Positions 24,440 through 36,100 of a stretch of DNA of 64,000 nucleotides are shown here, in pieces. Under the pieces are notes generated by a model. The model did no database searches. It was not told the origin of the DNA and worked only from the letters and a program-made list of their open reading frames with translations. The number at the start of each line of letters is the position of its first letter. The first letter of the stretch is position 1. The stretch is taken from the NCBI GenBank assembly GCA_965285935.1, contig OZ260662.1, positions 90,520,001-90,584,000 on the forward strand. Reading direction: 5' to 3'. Both the position numbers and the translations under genes were made by a program. This DNA comes from Ophelia neglecta (taxonomy: Eukaryota).

Positions 24440-27400
24440 TTACCAAGCATAAGTCGAGAACTTGCAACTTCTTGCCATCCGAAAGTTTCTCCCAAAAGAG
24501 CAAGTTCCTTTTAATAAACATTCGTTTAATGTTCTTTCGTAAATGTTTAACTTTTTACGAAGGTTGTGGACATGAAAATGTGGAAATGTATCAGAACTGT
24601 AAAGCTTTATGGCGTGTCTCCATTGGTATAATATATATTGATAGTAGTAAACCGTACTATATTAGTAAGGCAACAAGTTGGAAAAACATGTGAGATTGGA
24701 CTCACCTGGCAGATTAATTTTGGGGTCGAACACATCTGACCAATACTCCACACAAAACGCGTATAATGGTGAATCCTATTTCCCAAAGGAACTCGGATGT
24801 TTGTGTAAGAAATTATAGATTATTTTTCATGTGCCAAAGAATTGAAGGTGGCTGTACCCATTTAGGAAGGTTTAAGTGACGTGGCCGTTCACCTTTCCTG
24901 CTGATAATCCCGCTATATGTGCCATAGATTGCCTGAAGCCAAATAGCAATTCCAGAGGCTTTAAAGACGAATATGTCTTGTGGGAATCTCGCTGGTGTGG
25001 TATTTCCTACAACTCCGGGCTCTGGTTCCAACCTCTGGCCATTGTTCCCACAAACATGGATCTCGTAGGCGTTAATGCCGAAGCCAAAACAGAATGGATT
25101 TTTGACAGACTCTTAAACAATATGGTTCATCTTTTTGATGACATTTTGGCAATTGGGAATGTCAAATATTGGCGTAGCCAGGAGAACATGGTGGTTTCAA
25201 TACTAGCACACGAATGTGTATTTATAATATATTATTCTCTTCCTATTGGAAAGACAGTTGGACTGGATTTGGTGTGCGTACATGTTGTCTAGGTTTACCT
25301 CGCCATCCGAAAAGTGCTCACTTCATCTTAGATTGATTACCGTTCTAATGATAGCGGACAAGAGTATCACTTTCTAGACCATCGGCTTACATAGCTCTCT
25401 TCAGGTTTTTACCTCAACACAGAATTGATTTTTCATTGATTTGGCATCAGTAGATGAACACCATCAGAGTGTATGCGTGACCAGTCTAACCTTACTTATT
25501 CAATAATTGCCGACTGGCGGTTTCCTACCCAGCAATATCAATATTTTATATATATATGCTCACCGGTAGGTGCAATAAAAGTAAGTAACCGTCTCATCAT
25601 TCTTGCTTTCGTGACAGAAACCAATATCCCGTAATTGCTAAGATGCAAATATAGCAGAAATGCTGCCGAAAGGCACATAAGAAACAAAACTTTACTACAA
25701 GCTCTTGTAACTATTAAATGTAAAAGCCTTACGTCCCCCGCAATTACAAGAGAACGTGATTCAAAATACCACGATTGACATGTCTGAATTACTCTTATTT
25801 CAGGGCATATATTTACATTACACAAGCTAAGGTTAATGCACCAGTTTTTGTTTTTTGTTTTTGTATATATCGACGTTTTACGCACGAATTATCATCGCAT
25901 AGTTGTTATATTTTTCGAAATACTGATGGTGGTTGCCCCTGTGTATTTCAACGCTTTAGAGTTGTATATAATTCACATTACAGTTATTTGTTACAGACAT
26001 AATTAACAACTAATGCCTCAATATTTCGGTTTTATTTGAATGAAGGGTAATCATTATTGTCAATTGTTTCCCCATGGAAAATAAACAGAATGAAACATGA
26101 TTTAAAGCACATAACTTTCTTTTAAATTGGTGTTATCAGTAAATAAAGTAACAGTTAAGATTACTAAGACGGATCATCTAGGAACTATGTAACAATTATA
26201 TCATGTATTATCAGTGCATACTTAAGGTAGCCCCCAAAAAAGACCAACAGCTTTTGAATAATCTAGTGTACAACCGTTATCCCAGATTATATAAGGGGCT
26301 TGTGGTCCTTTTTTAATATAGATGGAGTCAAAGCCGAGACGGTGTCAAGGTTTTTACGATTCTGAATCGATCAACCAGTTATACGTCTTTACGTCTTTAA
26401 GTCCTCGATCAGCCGGCGCTCTAATGTTATAAGTGCCGAGATATAACAAGTGAGTAATAGAAAGATTGGAATAATTCCAAAAGCATATAATATGAAGGAA
26501 TTAATTATAAATGTTTATTGAATATGAATTAATGAGCATATATAAAATTGTGTATGACACGTCAGACAAATTGGTGATTTTTTATTTAGAAAACAGCGGT
26601 TATGAATACTTAACACTATGTCCTGATCTACAGTATGCAGTGACCCTACAATTTGGGTCTGCTGCCGTAACAACTACTATTCAACCAGTCTGTAAACTAC
26701 TAACTTTAGTAGAGTGAAAAATAGGTGAGTACACCTGCATAAGCTGCAATCTATGAAGAGCATAAGGTAATTCCATCTTTGCTAACATTTGAATATATAT
26801 TTCAGAGAGAAAAGTGAAACTGCAACGTTTTATCCTTCCCTTTGTAGTCAAACAACAGGGACAATTTGTTCAGTTCAATTCACAGTTTTAAACACACTAA
26901 TTCACCATGCATCGATGTTGCGTATTTTGTTTTGATTTCTGACTGTCTCCACGGTAATGATACTGGAATTGTGACCAGGGCAGTTGTTGAGAAAAAGCTT
27001 TGTCACTGTCACAGTTAAGTCTCGCCCTGCAATCTGTCTGCCAATCTTTCTGGTAGTGTATCTATGTAGAATAGATATTACAGAAGGTTATACACTGGTA
27101 CACACCAAGGCACATTGGTCGTGTAAAGTATGATATTTTTTTGGGGTTTATTGATTCGTGGTTTAGGACATAATGATTTACCAATATGTCCAAGTAAAAC
27201 AATTACGCGTCACATATACCCGAACAGAAATATACTAGTACCAGCCAGACTATATGAAGAGTTCTCCTTTATTAATACACATGGCATCGCAAGATATTAC
27301 CAGAGGTAGCATGTCAAAAAAACGTCCGTTATACACACATCTCCAGTGAGCTACAAGACATTGTAGGTAAAAGCACCTTGATAGAGCCTTCCACTTTTGC

Positions 27401-28450
27401 CATATCTAGAACTACGTAAGTGGCTAATCCTCTTCGATGTAGGTATCATCCACGCAATATTAAGCATTCTGCTTTGCCCTTTCTTCGGCAATCTCAAACA
27501 GTTCGTTAATTATCCATCAATTTAGCTTGAATTCACAATGGACCTTCAGCCGGAGACCCTCGCATATCAACTTCAAGCTCTTTAATTTAAGATAAGCAGC
27601 TAAATGGTGTGAAGGGCAAAAGGGGTCCCGCGAATGCAGTAATACATAAACAATCTGAAAAACAATACATGCAGCAAACCCAAACTGGTCGTAAATGTGA
27701 TTTAAAACATATCATTTCTTATTATATTAATAACCGTCGAATGTAGGCCCTATGTGCTTCAATAGTCTAAGAGTGCTTGTTAACAAGGTTGTCTTATATT
27801 CAGTTCAAATGGTATGCCCATTAATGTATTTTGTTTCTATTCGTAGCTTTCTAAACAGATACAAATACACGATGGTAGTGCAAACTAACTATATATACTG
27901 GCTGGATGAATAAATGAACCATGTTTTGCTTAAGTCGGATTCTCAAATTTAATATAGTAATTTACGTTTAACCTCATCAGAAAACCTATTTCTTATCTCC
28001 GTTTCTTCGTGAAATTGCATATTAAGTTTCTTTATCATTTTTATGTGCATCTTTATCATTCCTACATCCAACAATGGAATTGATTCAGTTCTGAACAACC
28101 AGGATTTAAGACTGATTCAATCGCCACAGGACATTATACCAGATGGGACCAAACCTTATTAGTTCAGCGTTTTTGCACAAGAATTTGCTATCGGCATCAA
28201 TCCCAGAGGTATTTCAAAGCCACGCTGCTCCTTAGAGCAAAGTGTATAAGTCACAAAATCTAAATTTCCAGCTCTTCATCTTCAGTGGACTGTTCAGTAT
28301 CGAAAGAGCAAAATAATGGGATTTGATACCCGACAGACTTGACCGAGCCAGAGGGCAAAAGTCAACGTAGTCAAACCTAATCTGAGACTGGATATTCTCT
28401 CTACGCGATGCTGACAATTATAGCATAGTCATAGTAGGCACTCAAATGAT
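24440..28450 (+). pseudogene. Copper amine oxidase-like pseudogene, copy C. Blocks ~24440-25520 (N2/N3 and start of catalytic domain), ~27240-27650, ~28090-28450
   Basis: SRE..LAIRKFL (cf. AOC3 SREELTAVMRFL); ORF 24876-25292 CAIDCL..RGF..RWCGISYNSGLWFQPLAIVP..EWIFDRLLNN (N3-like); SGQEYHFLDHRLT*LSSGF (cf. GPRFxxxGxxVxYxxWSF); KSTL; ALPFLRQ (cf. GLPLRRH); SAG; LNGV (identical to copy B); LRLIQSPQDIIPDG..FA..FAI (cf. YRLQIHSMADQVLPPG..WARYPLAV); LYAML (~MYATL/LYAAL in A and B). Many stops and frameshifts. Confidence 0.65.
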
Positions 28451-31379
28451 GTATATGTCCAATATGAAATCATATTACAATATTTCAAATTATCGAAGCC
28501 AATCTTCCTTTCCCCAATTATGCGTTTTAACAACTTTATCAGTCGTCTAATGTATAATAAGGAATTCAGAAGAAGTTAAACTATCACAAAATTCGTGTAT
28601 ATCAAGTGAGTTTTACCTTTGTCTCAATCGGGTTGTAATCCAAAATAAGCGCGCTACTCAGGATATAGTTTATCTTTTTTTATAGAAATTTCACCAATGA
28701 TAATGTGATTTAAGTTTGAGTGCGTACTTTAATAGGTCACATAATTGTACCCCCGGATTCACTGACACGATGGTTATAGGTATTTATGGGTAACACTTTT
28801 GGCTACAAATGCATATAATGAAATTAATATAATGAAACTGGCAAAACAGGGCGATGTTTTTCCTCAGGATTATGTATACGGGGCTTTATTTGTAAAGTAT
28901 CTTTATGTACACAGATGTATTGACATTTCTCCAGCGCGCGCTTCATTTAGGAAACACAGGAAGCAATCCCCAATAAAGATAGTAATTTATGGCCAGAAAC
29001 TCAATTTTATTCCGTTGATTTAAGAATTGACGTGTCTGTCTCTGTCATTTAGTATTGGTATATTGAACCTGGAAGTATTTGGGAACATATTGATATTCAT
29101 TGTGAAGTTTAAATGTCAAGGGATATTATGTTTGAACCGCCCATTATTATAGCTTTGTTTCTGGAGCTGAAGTCGATGGTGAAATGAACTACCGACGTGC
29201 AGGCGTACACGTACAATGCTAAAAGTAGAGGTTGACATAAATGACAAACGAGGACCATCTAAGGAAGACGACCAGGAAGAGGAATCAAGTCAATCCAAGC
29301 GTCCTACTGTATAACATTCATTACGTTAGCCGGCCAATCTGATAAGATTCGTCATATTGACTCTTGGGTTAGCCTGTGTGGCATGATGTCTCTTCATAAC
29401 GTGTAGTCTCCTGATAGGAAACATAAATGACAAAACAGCAGATCGGTATCATGTCATTATATACTTAATGGTCTTATTTAGCGCTTGCACCCCAACATTT
29501 GATTTTGATATTAAAAAAAGGCATATTACTCCGCTGTCCAAACCTTTGATTCAGGGGAGTTTAAATGTGAGTCTTAAGAATAGTCATAAAAACAAAGGTT
29601 TATCGATTAGTAACACCTATCTTCCAGAAGTTCTGCAGCCGCAGGGGAGAATCAAATTTCGACTAAGGGCCTCCTTTTGATTGAAATAAAAATCGCATTA
29701 AACTACTCGCCGTTGTCTGAAGAAAGCAATTTCCAAATACATGCGTGTGAGGGCCTCAAATGATAATTAACCTACTTGTGTCGATTTGCAGTAGCAAACT
29801 TATATTACTCAAGATAAAAATACAATATCGACACTAATATAGGATGAAACACGGAATATAGTGTATAATATATGTGCAAATATATTATGGATACGAGGCT
29901 TAACCACGATCCACGGGTATGATGGTCAGTATTAACTGATTATTGTATATAATAATAGGGATAAACACTGCCTGAAACTTAATTATTGACAATAATAAGC
30001 AATGTGTGCGCAAAAAACAAGTCGTTCAGACTTTATTCCATTGTTTGATGTATATTTTTATGCAGTCCAAGAGTAGAAATTTTATTTGGGGTCCTTTTTG
30101 TCCCTTTTATCTAGAGCAATAATAATCCTATGAAGTGTATGCAGATTTGTATTTAAGTTTTTTTTCGTAATGATTCATGTAGACCTGTTACTGGATTTTA
30201 CAATATGGATCCGAAATTGTCCAGACAAGGTACATGTCTCTGGTTGATAATTGACTTATCGGTAATGTATGTTATGTCATTGACCACAGAGAAATGGAAT
30301 TAGCCATCTACATTGTGTTTTGGAAGCCGAATTTTTGCCATAAACCGAAAATGCACTATTTTCACGGCGGTATATATATACTTGGTACATATATTCATGT
30401 ATATACGAAGAAATAATAATCGATTCGCCGTTGTCCATTCATAGTCTACGGTACTCAGTTATCTAAACCAAACAATTCGACATTAAAAATGAACCAGAGC
30501 GATGAATATTAGCAAGTTTTGTATTATAGAAAAGTCTGTTAAACGATGAACGTTTTGAAGAATAAGGGTGAATTCGCGAAACTCAATCCTGTATTCTCAC
30601 AAGCGGGTCGAGATAAGTGTAATTCATAGCCCAATCCTATATTTCAACCTATAGAATATAGGCAGAAATTAACAGATGAGTAACGCGTAGTTTAGAGTGA
30701 ATGATCAGTCAAACCTTATTGGGGTTTCCCAGAATGCCTACGGCACTTGATACGTTACCGCTGATAAATGCGCCACTGTGGTTCTTTTATGGCAAGTATG
30801 AGACGATACGTGCACTGCTATTTCGTTTAATGTGTTCACCCTCGATGGTTAACATGGAATGACAGATATAACCCAGCTCTCTCCCCTCCCACCACCACAA
30901 CATCAAACGACACTTAAAAAGTTTATTTTATCAAAATGAGGCTTATTTTTATTATCAGTGCAACATTTATAATTGTTTACTATTTCGGTGTTATTAATAT
31001 AGGTCGCCTGATAACAACTATATGCTGCGCTGATAGATGCGTTTGAATCGACGGCATTTACTTATCAATTATAATTTGTTGAATCACTGGAGACAACATC
31101 AATATACGATAATAATGGCACCTTAATGACCACACAAGAAGTGACGCCACAGTTACAATAAGTATAATTATATTTTACCAATGATTTTCTATACTAATTT
31201 TGTCCCCTGTACCTAAGGGGACATATTATTTTACACATCGTCCGGCGTCCACATTCCTTTGTCGTGCGTTAAAAGGAAACCCCTTGCCTTTTATATGAAC
31301 ATTGAGAATACTAAAATCTGGTCTAGAACTCTTTGTTTGTAGTATTCGAATAACAATATGCTCTTCAGGGCCGCAAAAC

Positions 31380-31710
31380 ATATTTTCCTTTGACGCGCGA
31401 TAAAGCGAAAACGTTAGCAGTTTTATTATTCTGATTTTGGCCAGCGGTTGTTTTTGAGCAACCTTCAAACATATTTGATTGCCATGGCAATGGATATAAA
31501 ATGTTAATCATGTCATCGGAATATCCAAAGCCTCTGTATGTTTTAATGGTGAATGATAGGCACATGTATAGTATAGCATTGTAGATAACCCGTACAACTG
31601 TTGGTTTTAGACGGGGGACATTTCAAAGAGTTACCATGTCTAGTTCTGAAATGCAAGTTCTTTAGTCTATTAGATAAGTTAATGGGCGAAAGGAGTCCAT
31701 TGCATTTGGG
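31380..31710 (-). mobile_element. Decayed non-LTR (LINE) reverse-transcriptase fragment
   Basis: Minus ORF 31365-31565 reads GFGYSDDMINILYPLPWQSNMFEGCSK, resembling the LINE RT pattern GxxxYADDxxLLxP..LQxMLxxC; GLLSPI near 31690 resembles the upstream G(V/I)LSP motif. Confidence 0.45.
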
Positions 31711-32019
31711 CAGGTCTAAAATACGTTCAGCACCACCTTTAAAAACCAGTAATAGTTAGCAAGTTCTATTCTTTTGTTCTGGAAAGTTCCAGTGCCAGGG
31801 GGTGGAGTTCCAAACGTGAGTAGAAACCTAAGAGTCAACCAATATCGGTCCTTGTTCAACGCAACCATCCCCTCCAGGCACACTTCAATTTTGGAATCGT
31901 TAATAAGTCTGTAACCAATTGGGAATGAAATACAAATTGATAAACTCTTACTTCAATTGCAATGAGGATGACTCAACTGTCAAGAATAAAGTGCTCAATT
32001 TACTCATTTATTTGAATTA

Positions 32020-32230
32020 TTGTTTCCTATTTTCGTCAAAGCCCGGACAACTTTCATTTGTAAATCTGCTAAGAGCAAATATGCCATCTTCATCAACTGG
32101 AAATACGCAACTAGATTTAAATTGGTGGACCGAGTGGTTCTTATCCACGCTTAGATGAAGTGCATTTTCGTACCTAAGTGTACCATTGTTGTCATACTCC
32201 AACATTACCTGCATGTCAACCCAAGGCATT
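32020..32230 (-). mobile_element. Possible BEL/Pao retrotransposon remnant
   Basis: KSSCVFPVDEDGIFALSRFTNESCPGFDEN weakly resembles the BEL/Pao motif SSLxxLxPxLDEDGILRVGGRLxNxxLxYDxK; a single motif only. Confidence 0.25.
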
Positions 32231-33048
32231 TTCATTCATATATGTGTGTTACGTCTCTTAACTCTTAAATCTGTTGACTACTTTAATTGAGTAGTTAAAC
32301 AGTGCATGACATATAGTGTAAAGTTTTACTAACATGATTTTGAGACCAATCTGGTAATTGTGGCCTTGCATGTGGTTTTCCTGAAGATTTTGGATCGATT
32401 TGATGGACTTTTTGATTTCAGATTTTGCTCTGTCTGCCGGATGGCCACTACCGTTTTTTGTACACTTGTTATGTACAGATACAGACATATAACGTTAGAT
32501 ACACTACTTTATATAGCCGCAAATGTGTTTCATTGCATTCGTCATAATTTGGTATTGTACTTGGAAAAGTCGAAAATGTAAAATGACGACAACATCTCAC
32601 CTCGCTCCGATACAAAACCGCCTTTAAGATATACTTGTAATCTTCATGTTATCACAAATGACCTTGCAGGTGTGAGAAATTTATACGGATTTTACGCTTC
32701 CTCGACAAATTACCGTAGCTTTATGTCGCATAATTGCTATAATGATGCTGAATTAAAATTGCATGGATAAAATGTGCCCCATAAGATCCGATTAGCTGCA
32801 CCTAATGCCTCTATATATATATTGATAGAAGATACTTTCCGTTAGGGTTATGCCTATAAAGCCGTTTCTTGGCCACCATTCAGGTTCTTAATTGCAACGT
32901 ACAATATAGAGCAGTATTTCCACTTATTGCATCCTTGTACTTGAGATATTATCTTTCTAAATTACCCTTGACCATGAATCCATCTTGCCTGCGTCCCTAT
33001 ATTTCCCGTACCAATGGTTCAATAATCATGTTATTTCGTACATTTCAG

Positions 33049-33189
33049 TGATGGACATTGCCTTGTGCAACGTGTCTGGCCTATTTCAGTGTCTGAACGG
33101 AAATTGTGTCAATTTCACAGTAACGTGTAATGGAAAAGATGATTGTCTGGATGGAACCGACGAAAGCAATGAACATGGACTCTGTTCTG
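33049..33189 (+). CDS. Exon encoding an LDL-receptor class A repeat (first identified coding exon of an LDLa-TM-PY protein; possible start ATG at 33051)
   Basis: catttcag| acceptor and G|gtgag donor, 141 nt, phase 1-1. CNVSGLFQCLNGNCVNFTVTCNGKDDCLDGTDESNEHGLC has six Cys and the D-C-x-D-G-T-D-E calcium-binding signature, plus N-glycosylation sequons NVS and NFT. Confidence 0.92.
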
Positions 33190-36100
33190 GTGAGAAGTCG
33201 AACTCCTTTTCGTTTATCTTCAACAAACTCCAATGCTATTCATTCGTATCACTTGTCTTATATGCAAACTGAGGTGTCTCTCAGTGCGACTTAGGTACCA
33301 ACAATACAGCCACTTTTATTGGCTGCAAGGTAATGCGTTCGTGATATAATTTAGCTAATAAAAGAGGTATTTGAGTGTGAAATTTTATTCAGTTTATAAT
33401 TTCATCATTCCGCTCTTTTGTTTCTCCGCAAATCATCACATAACAGTGATTAGTTGGGCGCATATTGTAGGCAAGGAAGCATGAATGCAAGAGAAATTTT
33501 CAAAAATGAACAATAAATGCTTTCAGACATCGCATGTTTTGAACAAGTGTTAAATCAATGTGTTGCACCCATCGTTGGTTATTTCAATATTGCCTTTCTG
33601 GTTGACTTGTGTTCCATTTCAAAGCATTGTTCTAGACGGAACAGCTGAATTGATATTTGCGTTCACATTGTGTATGAAGATTGATCGGTTTTGATAGGAG
33701 AAAGTAAGAATCAAATTTTATTCCATTAATCATACTCCAAAAAAAGGCAACTTTCCAGCATGATATAGTTGAAAGTTGGAATTATTTTGTGGTATGACGT
33801 CACGCTTCGCAAATAAAAACCGAACACACTGGTAAATCTGGCAAAATGTTAGAGAGGCAACAGTCGTCAGGCAAGCGATTCGCAGACAGTTGTTTCGAAC
33901 TCAGAATCCAACACGGGACAGGAGTGTTATGCTAAATGGCCATTTATTTAGCTCACCGTATCCTGTATCATACAATTCAGGTGCGCTATACAAAGTTGTT
34001 TCTCCTTGTTTTAAAGTTTTTGATGGCACGTTGAAGGACACTTAGTCCTGCCACACTAATAACACCTATACACAGACAATGGACAACCTCTCCAAGCCAC
34101 ACAGAATCCCAAACCCAGGGGATCATGTCACCCCAAGCAGCTACATCTAGGCGTATTGGTCTTCCAACATCCGGTGGTGAGGGAGCGACCACCTTTTCAT
34201 ATAACGAGGGGCCTGGACCAGGCGTCCGCCCCGTGTTGCCAGCGTGGGAGTCCGATATATTGGAGCTGTACCATTCCTCTCCACGAAGATCCTAAATAGA
34301 TAGCCACTGGATGGTCGCAAGCTCACTCTTTATTTCTTACGAAGCAGTGTGATATAGTGTTGGCTAGCTGCAAACCCTCAAGTGAATATATATGTATATA
34401 TCAGACAAAATTGCTTACACATTGTGGTAAGGCATCCGAAGCTACTTCTAAACACTAGGGTTGGGTGCTTAATTTCCCGTCGGTACAAACTAAATGTATA
34501 CAAAAGGGCTGCATGTGAAGAAGTGGTGTGAAAATGAATATGATTGACCCGAGTGAAAAGCCTTTAATCCCCAATGTCGGATCAATTTCCAAAAATGGCC
34601 GTTAGCTCTCCTGACCAATTCCTCCTCATTTGTAGCTTGTCAGCTCTGCATTCATCGGCTAGACACAGTGGTACAGCTGGCCCATATTACCCGGCAACAG
34701 GGATGTGTCACTGTCGGGAGGATAAGACTCGGACTTAAAGGAAAATGGATGGTTCTTACATCTAAACAGGACATGAATAACATTCAACCGTCGACAAAAA
34801 GGAATAAACGCAACTTCGATGAAAACACAACAGGGGGGATGCCGTAAACTTTCCTTTGTGACTTTCATATAAGTAGTTTATTCAAATATATCTGACATAG
34901 CCCTAACTGAAGAAAAAACCACACTTCCTATGCGTAAAGACGTGTTTAGTACCTGGTCTTATTTTGGGATATCGGGTGGAAGGCGGCATGTATCAGCGTT
35001 GTCAACAGTGGTAAGGCGAGAACCGTCGATTAGTTTGACAGAGCTCAGAGAGTTAATGAGGCGGGCTGGCTAGTGGTAGGGGGATTACTGCTCTAATTCC
35101 CTCCAGTCGTCCTAGCATTCACCACTTGACAGGTTTAGCCACCCGTTGACAGCAATACTAATATTGGACAGACGTCGTGGCCCTATGACATCGTACGACG
35201 ATCTAAGCCAGAATAGTGTTTTAGAGAGCCAGCCTAGGTGATGTTGATAGCATCAAGGAAACTGAAACATTCTTTCTTCACCAATTTTCTCACTGATATG
35301 TTTCTATTTTTGCTTTAGTACCAGTGAGAACTGTAAAAGCATAGAAGATTTGTTTCAAACCTAGTCCACGATCAATTGTTACACGTAAATGGTTTGCCTT
35401 AAGTCAGACGTTTCATGTAATATTTCAAGCTTAATCAGTGCAATAACAATTTGAGTAGCTTTATGCTTTACTCAAATAAATTGTACAGTCCCTTGAATTA
35501 CAAAATGCAACAATGGCCTATGTGTGGTGTGTAGATAGTCACATTCTACAATTCCGAAATAGTGACTACATGTGATTGTTTTACAACAATTGTGTTTTTG
35601 CTTAGGGTTATCATTCAATATTGTAAATTTTGATGCAATTTTTGGGCTTATTATTAAAACTAGGTATTATTAACATATATCCGAAATATGGTATTCTTGC
35701 AAACGACGCTTCATGCGGACACACACCCTGCCATGCTAGAAGCTTCAGTCATTAAATCATATTGCGAAACGCCAATTTGTCCTTTGTATTGTATGCCCCA
35801 CTAGCTAGTGTGTCGTGCCTTTCCTTCCATTCATTATGTTCCCTACACGTTTTCATTAGTGTAACACATTTAAGTTTTTGCTGATTAACGTATTTTCTAA
35901 CAAGTAAGGAACCGAGGAAGAGGTTTTTCATCAGCAAGTCTCGTTTAAGACGTTCAAAGACTAGTTTGAAACATTTCTCATGTCTTATTTTGGTTTACCG
36001 AAAATAGGATTATCTCTTAAGGGGGTCTTCAAGCTTCCAACATTATTTTAGAGAATTCGCGTAAATAAGATTAATGGGTTTGCCTTTGTTCCCTAAGGAG

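Noticed and set aside
24876-25292. 138-aa ORF as a standalone functional gene
   Set aside because: It starts at GTG, is flanked by stops and frameshifts, and is better explained as the least-decayed part of pseudogene C.
26636-26724. Exon-like unit (tacag| ... ATAG|gtgagt)
   Set aside because: All three frames contain a stop and no homology is visible; it could be a non-coding exon but cannot be supported without transcripts.
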